DNA from: Treponemataceae bacterium
GTDB taxonomy: Bacteria; Spirochaetota; Spirochaetia; Treponematales; Rectinemataceae
NCBI GenBank assembly: GCA_963678065.2
Contig: CAXXVZ010000003.1
Span: 1,568,001 to 1,632,000 of the forward strand
Direction of reading: 5' to 3'
DNA: 64,000 nucleotides
Of the stretch, positions 1 to 10,698 are shown piece by piece. The position numbers were made by a program, and so were the translations under genes. The notes beneath the pieces are model-generated. The model saw only the letters and a program-made list of their open reading frames with translations. It did not search any database and was not told where the DNA came from. How positions within the stretch are numbered: position 1 is the stretch's first letter; every line of letters starts with the position of its first letter.

Positions 1-3000
1 CGCGGCGAGGCTCCTGTGCCGCCGTCGTAACCCGAAATCAGGACGACGTCGGCCCGCGCCTTGGTCACGCCGGCCGCGATGGTTCCGACGCCGACTTCCG
101 ACACGAGCTTGACGGAGATTCTCGCATCGGGGCTCGCGCACTTGAGGTCGTGGATGAGCTCGGAGAGGTCCTCGATCGAGTAGATGTCGTGGTGGGGAGG
201 CGGGGAGATGAGGCCGACGCCGGGAGTCGAGCGCCTGCACTCGGCTATCCAGGGATAGACCTTGCGCCCGGGCAGCTGTCCGCCCTCGCCGGGCTTGGCT
301 CCCTGGGCCATCTTGATCTGGATTTCCGTGGCGTTCATGAGATAGTGGCTCGTCACACCGAAGCGTCCCGAAGCTACCTGCTTTATCGAACTTCGCCGGG
401 AATCTCCGTTCGCGTCGGGGATGTAGCGCGAAGGATCCTCGCCCCCCTCGCCTGAGTTGCTCTTGCCTCCGAGCCGGTTCATGGCGATGGCCATGGCCTC
501 GTGGGCCTCCTTCGAGATGGAGCCGTAGGACATCGCTCCCGTCTTGAAGCGCTTCACGAGGGATTCGACGGACTCGACCTCGTCGAGCGGTACGGCCTCG
601 GTCGTCCTGAACTTCATGAGGCTGCGCAGGGTGCACTGTCTGGCCGACTGGTCGTCGATCGAACGCGTATATTCCTTGAAGAGACTGTAATCCCCTTTCC
701 TGCATGCCATCTGGAGCCTGTGCACGGATTCGGGGTTGTAGAGGTGGTATTCTCCGTCCTTGCGCCACTGCCAGTCGCCGCCCGCGCTCAGCGTGTGGTT
801 GTGGAGAGCCCGGAGGCCGAAGGCCGCCTCATGCCTCGCTTCGATCTCGGCAGCTACTTCCGCGATGCCGATTCCGCCGATGCGCGATGGCGTGCCAGTG
901 AAATATTTCTCGATAAACGCTTCGCCCAAGCCCACAGCCTCGAATATCTGGGCGCCCTGGTAGCCCTGGACAGTCGAGATACCCATCTTGGACATGACCT
1001 TGATGATGCCCTTGGTGACCGCCTTCTTGTAGGTCGCGACGGCTTTCTCGTGGGTCGTGTCGGGCAGGAGCCCCGTCTTTATCATGTCGTCGATCGATTC
1101 GAAGACGAGGTAGGGATTGATCGCCGAGACACCGTAGCCGATGAGCATGGCGAAGTGGTGAATTTCCCGGGGTTCTCCAGACTCGAGGACGATGGAGAGC
1201 CTCGTCCGCGTCTCATTGCGGATGAGATGGTGGTGGAGGCCCGATACGGCCAGGAGTGCCGGAATGGGCGCCTTGTCCTTGCCCACGCCGCGGTCGGAGA
1301 GGATGATGATGTTCGCGCCTTCCGCGAAAGCCTTGTCGGCGGCCGCGCAGACAGCGTCCATCGCCTTCTCGAGACCGGCACCGTCCTGTCCGACCGGATA
1401 GAGAATCGGAATTCTGACCGACTTGAAGCCCTCGCGGGAGATGTGCCGCAGCTTGGCGAGTTCGTCGTTGTCGATGAAGGGGCTCGCCAGCTTGATCTGC
1501 CGTGCGGCCCTCGGAGTCGGATTGATGAGGTCGCCCTCGGAACCTATGAAGGTCTCGGGCCCGATGATGATTTCCTCGCGGATCGCGTCGATCGGAGGAT
1601 TCGTGACCTGCGCGAAAAGCTGCTTGAAGTAATTGTACAAGAGCTGGGGCTTGTCCGAGAGCACGGCGAGCGGCGTGTCGTTGCCCATGGACCCGATGGG
1701 GTCGACACCTTCCTTCACCATCGGCGTGAGGACGAGACGGAGATCTTCGTAGGTGTATCCGAAAGCCTTCTGGCGCTTGAGGACAGATTCATGGTCGGGT
1801 TCGACTCCATGGGGGGAAGGCTGCAGCTCCTCGATGGTGACAAGGTGCTCGTCGAGCCATTCCCGGTAGGGCTTCTCCCCGGCGATGCTCTCCTTGAGCT
1901 CCTCGTCCTCGATGATCCGGCCCTCGGCCGTGTCGATGAGGAGCATGCGGCCGGGCTTGAGTCTCTCCTTGCGGATGATCCTGTCGGCGGGTATGTCGAG
2001 GACGCCGACTTCGGAGGCGAGGATGACCGTGTCGTCGAGGGTGACGTAGTAGCGGGCGGGCCTAAGGCCGTTGCGGTCCAGCACGGCGGCGACCTTGCTG
2101 CCGTCCGTGAAGGCCATGGCGGCGGGGCCATCCCAGGGCTCCATGAGGCTCGCGTGGTATTCGTAGAAGGCCTTCTTGGAATCGCTCATGGATTCGTTGC
2201 CTGACCAGGGCTCCGGAATCATCATCATCATGGCGTGAGGAAGCGAGCGGCCGGTGAGCATGAGAAACTCGAAGCAGTTGTCGAACATGGCCGAATCGGA
2301 GCCGTTCGGGTTGATGATGGGAAGGATGTCGGCGGCATCCCCGCCGAAGAGGTCGGTCTTTATGAGGGATTCGCGGGCGTGCATCCAGTTCACGTTGCCC
2401 CGGAGCGTGTTGATCTCGCCGTTGTGAATGAGGTAGCGGTAGGGATGGGCGCGTATCCAGGTCGGAAAGGTGTTCGTCGAAAAGCGCGAGTGGACGAGGG
2501 CCAGAGCCGACTCGAAGGCCGGATGCGAGAGGTCGAGGAAGAAGGGCTGGACCTGCTCCGAGGTGAGCATGCCCTTGTAGACGATGGTCTTGCAGGAGAG
2601 GCTCGCGAAGTAGCGGTAGTCGGGCGCCGATTCGGGCGCCTCGATGACCGTCTTCTCGACCTTTTTCCGCAGGAGGTAGAGTCTTCGCTCGAAGTCGAGT
2701 TCGGTCGCGAGGCCAGAGGGTTTTCCGAGGAAGAGCTGGCGGATGACCGGCATGACGGAGCGAGAGATGGTTCCGAGAGATGACAGGTCGACGGGCACTG
2801 TCCGCCAGCCGAGGCAGGAGAAGCCCTGGGCCCGGGCCATCTCTTCGATTTCCAGGCAGACGGAGGCCCGTATCGAGGGGTCGCGGGGCAGAAAGGCCAT
2901 TCCGACCGCGTAATCCCCTGCCGCAGGCAGACTGATGCCGGATTCCGGGCAGACCTCGGCGAAGAAACGGTGGGGTATCTGTGTCAGTATTCCGGCGCCA

Positions 3001-3212
3001 TCGCCCGAGTTGCGCTCGTAGCCGGCACCACCGCGGTGGCTCATGTTGTTGAGGATCGTGAGCGACTGCGAAATGACGGCGTGGGATTTCCGCCCCTTGA
3101 TGTTGACCGCGAAGCCGATGCCGCAGGCATCATGCTCGTTGGCCGGGTCGTACATGCCCTGTTTCGGAGGATATCCGGGGGAAGGCTGCCCCTCGTCTCG
3201 CGTTTGTCCCAT
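1..3212 (-). CDS. gltB: Glutamate synthase large subunit (5' portion; continues off the left edge)
   Basis: Not in the ORF track because there is no stop in the window. Manual translation from ATG 3212 gives MGQTRDEG...[22 protein letters not shown] (Ntn Cys after the propeptide) and, near 250-320, [18 protein letters not shown] (FMN domain signature). Confidence 0.97.
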   Translation of the reverse strand, partial: MGQTRDEGQPSPGYPPKQGMYDPANEHDACGIGFAVNIKGRKSHAVISQSLTILNNMSHRGGAGYERNSGDGAGILTQIPHRFFAEVCPESGISLPAAGDYAVGMAFLPRDPSIRASVCLEIEEMARAQGFSCLGWRTVPVDLSSLGTISRSVMPVIRQLFLGKPSGLATELDFERRLYLLRKKVEKTVIEAPESAPDYRYFASLSCKTIVYKGMLTSEQVQPFFLDLSHPAFESALALVHSRFSTNTFPTWIRAHPYRYLIHNGEINTLRGNVNWMHARESLIKTDLFGGDAADILPIINPNGSDSAMFDNCFEFLMLTGRSLPHAMMMMIPEPWSGNESMSDSKKAFYEYHASLMEPWDGPAAMAFTDGSKVAAVLDRNGLRPARYYVTLDDTVILASEVGVLDIPADRIIRKERLKPGRMLLIDTAEGRIIEDEELKESIAGEKPYREWLDEHLVTIEELQPSPHGVEPDHESVLKRQKAFGYTYEDLRLVLTPMVKEGVDPIGSMGNDTPLAVLSDKPQLLYNYFKQLFAQVTNPPIDAIREEIIIGPETFIGSEGDLINPTPRAARQIKLASPFIDNDELAKLRHISREGFKSVRIPILYPVGQDGAGLEKAMDAVCAAADKAFAEGANIIILSDRGVGKDKAPIPALLAVSGLHHHLIRNETRTRLSIVLESGEPREIHHFAMLIGYGVSAINPYLVFESIDDMIKTGLLPDTTHEKAVATYKKAVTKGIIKVMSKMGISTVQGYQGAQIFEAVGLGEAFIEKYFTGTPSRIGGIGIAEVAAEIEARHEAAFGLRALHNHTLSAGGDWQWRKDGEYHLYNPESVHRLQMACRKGDYSLFKEYTRSIDDQSARQCTLRSLMKFRTTEAVPLDEVESVESLVKRFKTGAMSYGSISKEAHEAMAIAMNRLGGKSNSGEGGEDPSRYIPDANGDSRRSSIKQVASGRFGVTSHYLMNATEIQIKMAQGAKPGEGGQLPGRKVYPWIAECRRSTPGVGLISPPPHHDIYSIEDLSELIHDLKCASPDARISVKLVSEVGVGTIAAGVTKARADVVLISGYDGGTGASP

Positions 3213-3251
3213 TATACCCGCCCGTTTCTCTTGATAGTATCCAGATTCGGC

Positions 3252-3280
3252 AGTAAAACAGGTATTTGCATAATTGTCAA
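3252..3280 (-). promoter_or_regulatory. Putative sigma70 promoter for gltB
   Basis: Minus strand TTGACA-17nt-TTTACT in an AT-rich intergenic region. Confidence 0.55.
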
Positions 3281-3358
3281 CTATTGTTCAATTTTTACGC
3301 ATATTTATACATTGTTATCGAATCGGATCGAATGGACTTGACGAAAGTCCGTTTAATT

Positions 3359-3377
3359 GATATTGATAATCATTATC
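3359..3377. promoter_or_regulatory. Fur box overlapping the fur-feo promoter
   Basis: GATATTGATAATCATTATC is an 18/19 match to the classical GATAATGATAATCATTATC. It covers the -10 position expected from TTGACG at 3338-3343. Confidence 0.9.
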
Positions 3378-3427
3378 AATTATCGCGAGGCAGTGAGCTG
3401 GAACCAGGCTCTCATACGGAGGCCGGA

Positions 3428-3892
3428 ATGCAGAACAACGAAAAGTCGGTCCTCGAGGATTATCTCAAAGACCGCGGTCAGAAAATGACGGGCGCGAGAG
3501 AAACCGTGCTCAGGGCCTTCCTTGAAATCGAGCGCCACACGACGGCCGAGGAACTCTACGAGGCGGCGAGGAGCCTCGACCCGGGCATCGGCCAGGCCAC
3601 CGTCTTCCGCACCATCAAGCTTCTCGCCGAGGCGGGACTTGCGAGGGAAGCATGCAGGGACGATGGCGCGAAGCAGTACGAGCACGCCTGGCGCCACGAC
3701 CACCACGACCACCTGGTCTGCGTCGAATGCGGACAAGTCGTCGAGTTCTCGGACGAAGCGATCGAGAAGGCGCAGGAAGCCATCTACAAGGCCTACGGAT
3801 TCTCGCCGAGCGGTCACCGCCTCGAGCTTCTGGGCCGCTGCGCCGACTGCGCCTCGCGCGTCGCCCATCAGCCGGCCCCAGCCGGAATCTGA
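3428..3892 (+). CDS. fur: Fur family transcriptional regulator
   Basis: Motifs HTTAEELY, GQATVFRTIKLL, HHDHLVCVECG and CADC. SD GGAGG precedes ATG 3428. Confidence 0.95.
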   Translation: MQNNEKSVLEDYLKDRGQKMTGARETVLRAFLEIERHTTAEELYEAARSLDPGIGQATVFRTIKLLAEAGLAREACRDDGAKQYEHAWRHDHHDHLVCVECGQVVEFSDEAIEKAQEAIYKAYGFSPSGHRLELLGRCADCASRVAHQPAPAGI

Positions 3893-3982
3893 CCGGAGAC
3901 ATCGAACTCGCGGCGCGCTGCTGGGGGCGAAACCCGCATGCGAATCAGTGGAGGCCATCCTGAGGCCTCCCGAGGAGATACA

Positions 3983-4264
3983 ATGTTCGTTTCCGAGGCT
4001 CCCCAGGGAGCATCGTTCAGGGTCATCGGCGTGAAACTGGGCGGCGAGGTGGGCAAGCGCCTCGCCGACATGGGCTTCACGGAGGGCGCCGAGGGTTCCG
4101 TAGTCCGCGCGGGCTTCCTGCGCGGGCCTTTCCAGGTGAGGATTCGCGGCTACGACATCCTCATACGGAGGAGCGAGGCTTCGGGAATCGAGGTCGAGCC
4201 GGTGGGCGACTGGGGCGCGACGATTCGACCGCGAGGCCGCGCGGGAGTGTGGGAGACCCGATGA
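3983..4264 (+). CDS. feoA: Ferrous iron transport protein A
   Basis: KRLADMGFTEG...GPFQVRIRGYDILIRRSEA; lies directly upstream of feoB with an ATGA overlap. Confidence 0.9.
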   Translation: MFVSEAPQGASFRVIGVKLGGEVGKRLADMGFTEGAEGSVVRAGFLRGPFQVRIRGYDILIRRSEASGIEVEPVGDWGATIRPRGRAGVWETR

Positions 4265-6444
4265 GCGCGGCCACAAAGGACATTATCAGGATAGCCCTCG
4301 CCGGCAATCCCAATTCCGGCAAGACCACCCTCTTCAACGCCCTCACCGGGGCCCACTACAAGGTCGGCAACTATCCTGGAGTCACGGTGGAAAAACGCGA
4401 GGGCAGCCGCGTCCGGAATGAGCGCGAGTACCGCTTCATAGACCTCCCGGGCATCTACAGTCTCACGGCCTACTCCATCGACGAGGTCGTCACTCGTGAC
4501 TTCCTTCTCGACGAGAAGCCCGACCTCATCGTCGACGTCCTCGACTCCACCAACCTCGAACGCCACCTCTACCTCTGCCTCCAGTTCCAGGAGCTCGGCA
4601 TCCCCGTCGTGGGCGCGCTCAACATGACCGACGAGGCCGAGACCAAGGGCATCCGCATCGACGAAAAGCTCCTCTCCTCGGTCCTCGGCGTCCCCATGGC
4701 CAAGACGGTGGGCACGAAAGGAGGCGGGGTCGACGGACTCCTCGATCTCATCGATTCTGTCGCGGACTCTGACCGGAGCCCGCCCCGCCCGGAACGCCGC
4801 ACGACTCAGACTCGCAAAGACCGCTCTCTCCGCTACGGCGACGAAATCGAAGGTCTTCTCGCCCCCATCGAGGCTGCCATCGACTCCGACAGGAACTTCG
4901 CGGCCGGGTATCCGACGAGGTGGCTCGCGGTGAAGCTGCTCGAGAAGGATTCCAACGCGGCTGAACGCCTCTCCGGGCACTGCGAAGCGCAGAAAGTCCG
5001 CGCCCTCGCGGAGGAGGCAGTCCGCTGGATCGAGCGGCACTACGCCAAGGATGCCCAGATCGTCGTCTCCGAGAAGCGATATGGCTACATCCGCGGCGCG
5101 GTCCGCGAAGCCGTATCCGTCGTCAACAAGCCTGATTTCTCCTTCACCGAGGCGGCCGACAGGATCGTGATGAACCGCTTCCTGGCCCTGCCGATATTCG
5201 CCGCCGTCCTCTGGTCGGTCTTCCAGATCACCTTCAGGCTGGGCGCCTTCCCGATGGCCTGGCTACAGGCCTTCTTCGCCTGGCTCTCAGGAGCGGTTTC
5301 GTCCGTCCTCGCGGAGGGCGTTCTCAAATCCCTCATCGTGGACGGCATCATAGCGGGCGTGGGCGGGGTCATGTCCTTCGTTCCCCTCATCATCATCCTC
5401 TTCTTCCTTCTGTCGATACTGGAAGACATCGGCTACATGTCGCGGGCCGCGTTCGCGACCGACAAGCTTCTCCACAGCTTCGGACTGCACGGCCAGTCGA
5501 TCTTTCCCATGATGCTGGGCTTCGGCTGCTCTGTCCCGGCCATCATGGCCGCGCGCACCCTGAAAAGCCCGCGCGACCGCATCGTCACCATCCTCGTCAT
5601 CCCCTTCATGAGCTGCGGGGCCAAGCTCCCTGTCCACGTCCTCCTAGCGGCGGCCTTCTTTCCGAAAAACCCGGCGGCCATGGTCATGCTGGTCTACGCG
5701 ATCGGCGTGGCGCTCGCGCTTCTTTCGGCCCTCCTTCTCAAAAACACGGTTCTGAGAGGCGAGGCGACGCCCTTCGTCATGGAGCTGCCTCCCTACCGCG
5801 CGCCAACTCTGGTCGGCATCTTCTGGCATGTCAGGGAGAAGACTGTGCAGTACCTCAAGAAGGCGGGGACGGTCATCCTCGCCGCCTCGATTCTCATCTG
5901 GGCGATAACCGCCTTCCCGGCGTACAGACCCGACGCGGCCGCGGCCGAAACGCTGCGCTCTACCCTCGCCCTCGAGAATCCCGGCGCCGAGGAGGGCGCC
6001 CTCTCGGCCCTCGTCGACACAGCCATGCAGGAGAAAAAACTGGAGTACAGCCTCGCGGGTCGCATCGGAAAGTTCATCGAGCCGGTATTCCGGCCCCTCG
6101 GCTTCGACTGGAAGATCGGCGTCGCCACTGTCACGGGTTTCGCGGCCAAGGAAGTCGTCGTCTCCACCCTGGCTGTCCTGCATCGGGTCGCGTCCACGGA
6201 GGAAGACCGCGGGCAGGGACTCGCCGAGGCGCTCAGGAAGGATCCGACCTTCAATCCCTTGGTCGCCTTCGTCCTCATGCTCTTCACCCTCCTCATCCCG
6301 CCCTGCTTCGCCGCACTCGCCACGATCCGGGCCGAACTGGGGTGGAAGTGGCTCGGCTTCGCCTTCGCCTTCATGCTTGGGCTGGGGTGGGTGGCGGGGG
6401 CAGCCGTCTACAACATCGGCCTCATCGCCGGGGCGCTCTCGTGA
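4261..6444 (+). CDS. feoB: Ferrous iron transport protein B
   Basis: G-domain motifs GNPNSGKTT, GNYPGVTVE and DLPGIYSL; membrane motifs GFGCSVPA, PFMSCGAKL, FVMELPPY and AAKEVVV. Confidence 0.97.
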   Translation: MSAATKDIIRIALAGNPNSGKTTLFNALTGAHYKVGNYPGVTVEKREGSRVRNEREYRFIDLPGIYSLTAYSIDEVVTRDFLLDEKPDLIVDVLDSTNLERHLYLCLQFQELGIPVVGALNMTDEAETKGIRIDEKLLSSVLGVPMAKTVGTKGGGVDGLLDLIDSVADSDRSPPRPERRTTQTRKDRSLRYGDEIEGLLAPIEAAIDSDRNFAAGYPTRWLAVKLLEKDSNAAERLSGHCEAQKVRALAEEAVRWIERHYAKDAQIVVSEKRYGYIRGAVREAVSVVNKPDFSFTEAADRIVMNRFLALPIFAAVLWSVFQITFRLGAFPMAWLQAFFAWLSGAVSSVLAEGVLKSLIVDGIIAGVGGVMSFVPLIIILFFLLSILEDIGYMSRAAFATDKLLHSFGLHGQSIFPMMLGFGCSVPAIMAARTLKSPRDRIVTILVIPFMSCGAKLPVHVLLAAAFFPKNPAAMVMLVYAIGVALALLSALLLKNTVLRGEATPFVMELPPYRAPTLVGIFWHVREKTVQYLKKAGTVILAASILIWAITAFPAYRPDAAAAETLRSTLALENPGAEEGALSALVDTAMQEKKLEYSLAGRIGKFIEPVFRPLGFDWKIGVATVTGFAAKEVVVSTLAVLHRVASTEEDRGQGLAEALRKDPTFNPLVAFVLMLFTLLIPPCFAALATIRAELGWKWLGFAFAFMLGLGWVAGAAVYNIGLIAGALS

Positions 6445-6683
6445 GCGGGATCGTTCAGGCCGGTGGACAGGCCGGGAACGTGCTCGCCGCCTCTGTCACG
6501 GCGGGCTCATCCACCCTCGAATATCTCGTCGTGGGGCTCGCGGTCGCCGCGGCGGCATATTTTGTCATCAGAAGGATCTTGCGGTCGGTCTCCCAAAAGA
6601 AAGGCCCAGGCCGCGGCTGCGGATGCGGCTGTTCGGGCTGCCCCCAGGCGGGCAGATGCCAGGACAAAACCCGCATCCCGTGA
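6441..6683 (+). CDS. FeoB-associated Cys-rich membrane protein
   Basis: GTG start overlaps the feoB stop. One TM helix is followed by CGCGCSGC...C. Confidence 0.8.
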   Translation: MSGIVQAGGQAGNVLAASVTAGSSTLEYLVVGLAVAAAAYFVIRRILRSVSQKKGPGRGCGCGCSGCPQAGRCQDKTRIP

Positions 6684-6747
6684 TCCCTTGAGCGCGCGGG
6701 AGACAAACCGCTCCCGGCGCGCTATAAAGCATGTGGAGGCCACCACC

Positions 6748-9006
6748 ATGCCCATCGAGTACCGCGAATCGGACAGAAGCTTTCACCTGCGCACCGGCAC
6801 GACGAGCTATGTGTTCAGGATTCACCCCGCCGGCTATCCGGCTCACGTGTACTGGGGCCCCGCCCTCCGCAGCATCGACTGCGCGCGTCTTCCCCTCTCC
6901 GTCGAGCGCCCCTCCTTCTCGCCCACCCCCGATCCGGGCGACAAGAGCCTCTCGCTCGACACACTTCCGCAGGAATACCCATCCTTCGGGACCTCGGATT
7001 TCCGCAATCCGGCCATCCGGGTCCGCTTCGCGGACGGATCGACGATAGCGGAGCCCGTCTACTCGGGCCACCGCATCTTCGTTGGCAAAGCTCTTCTTCC
7101 CGGCCTTCCCGCGACCTACGCGGAAGAGGGGGACGGCGTCGAAACCCTCGAACTGGAGCTCGAAGACAGTTTCCGGGGATTATCCCTCATCCTCTCTTAC
7201 TCGGTATTTCCCCGGCACGACGCAATCTCGCGGTCAGCGACCGTCCGGAACGCCGGGACAGGCGATATCGAGATACTGCAGGCTTTCAGCGCCTCGGTCG
7301 ATTTCCCCGACAGGGACTTCCGGCTCCTGCACTTGCACGGCGCCTGGGCCCGCGAGCGACAAGTCGAGCTACTTCCCATTCCCGCGGGACTCGTTTCCAT
7401 CGAGTCGAGGAGAGGAAGCTCGAGCCACCAGCATAATCCCTTCTTCGCCCTCCTCCGCCCGGAGGCGACCGAGGACTCGGGGGAGGTTTTCGCCTTCAGC
7501 CTCGTGTACTCCGGCAATTTCGCCGCCGAAGTCGAGGTCGACCAGTTCAACACGACCAGGGCAGGCATCGGCATCAATCCCTTCGGTTTTTCCTGGCGGC
7601 TCGGACGCGGAGAATCCTTCTGCACCCCCGAGGTCGTCATGCTCCGCTCGGGCGAAGGCCTTGGCGGCATGTCGCGCGGCTTCCACAGGCTCTACCGCGA
7701 ACGTCTCTGCCGGGGAAAATACCGTGACGCAGCGCGGCCCATTCTCGTCAACAACTGGGAGGCCACCTACTTCGACTTCGACGCGCCGAAGCTCGGCTCC
7801 ATCGCGGCAGAGGCGGCGAAACTCGGGATGGAACTCTTCGTTCTGGATGATGGCTGGTTCGGCCGGAGGGACTCCGACACCTCTTCCCTCGGAGACTGGA
7901 CCGTGAATACGCGCAAGCTCCCCAGTGGACTGGAAGGCCTCGCGGCGTCGATCAACGGGAAGGGCCTCGGCTTCGGCCTCTGGTTCGAGCCCGAGATGAT
8001 CTCCCCGGACAGCGAGCTGTACCGGGCCCACCCCGACTGGTGCCTCCACGTCCCCGGTTTCAGGCGGACCCAGGCGCGGAGCCAGCTCGTCCTCGACTTT
8101 TCCCGGATCGATGTGCGCGAAGCCATACTCGGCATGCTCAGCCGCGTCCTCGCCTCGGCCCCGATCTCCTATGTCAAATGGGATATGAACCGCAACATGA
8201 CCGAAGTCCGGTCGGCGGGCCTGCCCCCCGGGCGCCAGGGAGAGACGGCCCACCGCTACATGCTGGGACTCTACGAGGTCCTCGAGCGGATAACGGCTGC
8301 CTTCCCCGATATTCTCTTCGAGAGCTGTTCGGGCGGCGGCGGACGCTTCGATCCGGGCATGCTGCACTACATGCCCCAGACCTGGACGAGCGACGACTCG
8401 GACGCGGTGGAGCGCCTCATGATCCAGTACGGCACGAGCATGGTCTATCCGGCATCCGCGATGGCAGCCCACGTCTCGGCGGTGCCGAACCACCAGGTCG
8501 GCAGGGTCACCTCCCTCGCTGCGCGCGGGATTGTGGCGATGGCCGGAACCTTCGGCTACGAGCTGGACCTGACGAAACTGACCGAGGAGGAAAAAAAGAC
8601 AGTGGCCTGGCAAGTCGCCTTCTATAAAGAGAACCGCGATCTCGTCGCGCATGGCGAACTCTACCGGCTGAAAAACCCCTTCGAGGGCGAGGCGGCGGCC
8701 TGGATGTACGTGTCAAAGGACAGGAAGGAGGCCCTTGTCAGCCATGTGTGGATTCTGGGCGTGCCAAACCCGCCCCTCGCGCTTCTCCGGCTGAAGGGGC
8801 TCGACCCCGGACTGGATTACATCGTGGAAGAGATACGGGTGCCCTCAGGCGCGGGATCAGGCAGCCTGCCTCAGGCTCCGGTCCCTACCGTCCTCATGCC
8901 CTTCCCCGTCCTTCACGGCGGAGACGAACTCATGCACCGTGGCCTGGACATTCTCCCCGCCCTCAGGGATTTCCTCGCCTGTGCGTGGAAGCTGAAGGCG
9001 GTCTGA
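6748..9006 (+). CDS. Alpha-galactosidase, glycoside hydrolase family 36
   Basis: Motifs NNWEATYFDF, LFVLDDGWFG, FGLWFEPEM, YVKWDMNR and CSGGGGRFDPG. SD GGAGG precedes ATG 6748. Confidence 0.95.
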   Translation: MPIEYRESDRSFHLRTGTTSYVFRIHPAGYPAHVYWGPALRSIDCARLPLSVERPSFSPTPDPGDKSLSLDTLPQEYPSFGTSDFRNPAIRVRFADGSTIAEPVYSGHRIFVGKALLPGLPATYAEEGDGVETLELELEDSFRGLSLILSYSVFPRHDAISRSATVRNAGTGDIEILQAFSASVDFPDRDFRLLHLHGAWARERQVELLPIPAGLVSIESRRGSSSHQHNPFFALLRPEATEDSGEVFAFSLVYSGNFAAEVEVDQFNTTRAGIGINPFGFSWRLGRGESFCTPEVVMLRSGEGLGGMSRGFHRLYRERLCRGKYRDAARPILVNNWEATYFDFDAPKLGSIAAEAAKLGMELFVLDDGWFGRRDSDTSSLGDWTVNTRKLPSGLEGLAASINGKGLGFGLWFEPEMISPDSELYRAHPDWCLHVPGFRRTQARSQLVLDFSRIDVREAILGMLSRVLASAPISYVKWDMNRNMTEVRSAGLPPGRQGETAHRYMLGLYEVLERITAAFPDILFESCSGGGGRFDPGMLHYMPQTWTSDDSDAVERLMIQYGTSMVYPASAMAAHVSAVPNHQVGRVTSLAARGIVAMAGTFGYELDLTKLTEEEKKTVAWQVAFYKENRDLVAHGELYRLKNPFEGEAAAWMYVSKDRKEALVSHVWILGVPNPPLALLRLKGLDPGLDYIVEEIRVPSGAGSGSLPQAPVPTVLMPFPVLHGGDELMHRGLDILPALRDFLACAWKLKAV

Positions 9007-9081
9007 GCCCGGCTTCGTGGATGGAGCGGCGCGGTTCCGGCTTTCGGGATCGTGGCCCCTTTGGTCCTCCGCAGGCCGGTT

Positions 9082-9375
9082 TCAGACCGGTTTCACCAGC
9101 CTGAACATCGCCCTCGTGCGGGGCTCCGCCATCATGGGCTCGGCGATCTCTTTCCATCTCAGGTAATGCGCCGTCGCCTTGTGCCGCGCCGGGGCCTCCG
9201 CGTCGAGATATCCCTCGATGAGGACGAAGCGCGTCCTGTCGTCGGGGTCCTGGAGAAGTTCGAAACGCCCTATCCCCGGCTCCTTGACGCTCTCCCTGAC
9301 GTTCTCGAGGGTAGCTGTCCGGAACCCGTCGACCATCTCCGGTTTGACTTTTATCGATACCATGAGGATATCCAT
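9082..9375 (-). CDS. ABM-fold (LsrG/YneC-like) protein
   Basis: 97 aa; KEPG..RFELLQDPDD.TRFVLIE.Y....A...HK.TAHY..W pattern. Confidence 0.8.
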   Translation of the reverse strand: MDILMVSIKVKPEMVDGFRTATLENVRESVKEPGIGRFELLQDPDDRTRFVLIEGYLDAEAPARHKATAHYLRWKEIAEPMMAEPRTRAMFRLVKPV

Positions 9376-9444
9376 GCTTCAGTCTCCCTTCAGTTCACCA
9401 TATGCGTATTCCGACACAGAGCCGCGGGGTATGAAACCTGCGAA

Positions 9445-9957
9445 TCACAGATTGACGATTCCGGAGGACATGGACTTGCGCCAATCCTTCTTCTCGCCCT
9501 CCTTTTCCCACTGAATGCGCCGTTTTACGACAAAGGAAGCTTCGTTCTTGTCCTTGAACTCGACGACACCGAATGCTCCTCCGCCGAGATAGACAATTTT
9601 TTCGTTCGGCGCGAGGGTTTCAGCCGCGCTCACCCTGTCCAGGATGCAGTCAAAATGGGCGGGAAGGCCCTCGGAAGGCTCGGCCACCGCGTTGGACATG
9701 TCGTAGATAGGCTTCTGGCAGATGGGGCAGAGCGGAGAATCCTTCTTCGGTTCCTGGACCTGAGCCTCGCTTCCCTTCGGAGCCGTGACTGCCTTGCCGC
9801 CGGGAAGCTGCATCTGTCCGGGAGTTCCTCCCTCGCGCGGCGCCCCGTCCCGTCTGGGACCCCGGAACCGCTTGTGTCTGTTCCCTTTTGGCTTTCCTTC
9901 TCCGGAACCCTGCCCTTCGGGGCGCGGGGCCTTATCCTCTCGTCTTTCTTCCGCCAT
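9445..9957 (-). CDS. Hypothetical protein with CxxC...HxxC putative zinc site
   Basis: Disordered basic N-terminus, then CPICQKPI and HFDC. Confidence 0.7.
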   Translation of the reverse strand: MAEERREDKAPRPEGQGSGEGKPKGNRHKRFRGPRRDGAPREGGTPGQMQLPGGKAVTAPKGSEAQVQEPKKDSPLCPICQKPIYDMSNAVAEPSEGLPAHFDCILDRVSAAETLAPNEKIVYLGGGAFGVVEFKDKNEASFVVKRRIQWEKEGEKKDWRKSMSSGIVNL

Positions 9958-10219
9958 CGGAGCTTCCTTTGACAAGTCTCGAACTCACGAGCGATGCGAT
10001 GCTCGATACCGCGCCCTCGATGTATTCGTGATCGTAGAGTTTTACCTTGACGTCCATGATTCTCTCCTCGTCATAGCACTGGGCTTGCCAGATCGGGTCG
10101 AAATGCCGCCCGTCGGAGCCAGCCCAATCCCGCTCGGAAAAACTGCCGCTTTCCGGAGAAACATCCGCAAGGAAACCAAGTATACCACGATCCGGTCTTT
10201 CAGGTCGCCGTCCTTTCAT
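9932..10219 (-). CDS. Hypothetical protein
   Basis: 95 aa ORF whose start overlaps the yraN stop (ATGA) and whose end overlaps the next gene. No family recognised. Confidence 0.5.
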   Translation of the reverse strand: MKGRRPERPDRGILGFLADVSPESGSFSERDWAGSDGRHFDPIWQAQCYDEERIMDVKVKLYDHEYIEGAVSSIASLVSSRLVKGSSDGGRKTRG

Positions 10220-10605
10220 ACTACTCCCGCAAATGCCGATTCGTACCGCCCTGCCATGAGTTCTCCCCTCATGAGAAAGACATCGTAGCGGATACAGGCC
10301 TCATTATATTGTCGATGCAGACAGAGGAATATTTTAGACGTTTCGACGATGCGGCGGCGTTTCTCTCTGCCGATGGCGAGATAAAGGTCCGTAGCACCGA
10401 AAAAGTACCAGGTTTTCACCTCGACAAAGGCAAGCGCGGGTTTCCGGAAAACCACTATGTCGATTTCGCCTGGGCCCGCCCTGAAATTGCGCGCCACGAT
10501 GCGGTACCCTTCGTCCGCGAGCAGAGAAGCCACGGCATCTTCTCCCTTTTTCCCTTTGCCTTTCCTGCCGCCGTCGCGGAGCAGAAACTCCTCAACGCTT
10601 TTCAG
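10216..10605 (-). CDS. yraN: YraN (UPF0102) family protein; start uncertain
   Basis: GKKGEDAV...GYRIVARNFR...GEIDIV...AFVEVK...RYDV. Start placed at the CTG after SD AAGGAGG; TTG 10641 is the alternative. Confidence 0.85.
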   Translation of the reverse strand: MKSVEEFLLRDGGRKGKGKKGEDAVASLLADEGYRIVARNFRAGPGEIDIVVFRKPALAFVEVKTWYFFGATDLYLAIGREKRRRIVETSKIFLCLHRQYNEACIRYDVFLMRGELMAGRYESAFAGVV

Positions 10606-10698
10606 AAAATTCCTCCTTGCCCACGAAGGGTATTCGCGCAAAAACCCTCTTCGCGCTTCAGTTTCGTGGAGGAAATTCAGAAGTATTTGCAAAAAACC

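Noticed and set aside
501..2783. Long plus-strand ORFs (567 aa, 182 aa)
   Set aside because: Antisense shadows of gltB caused by high-GC codon bias; no motifs.
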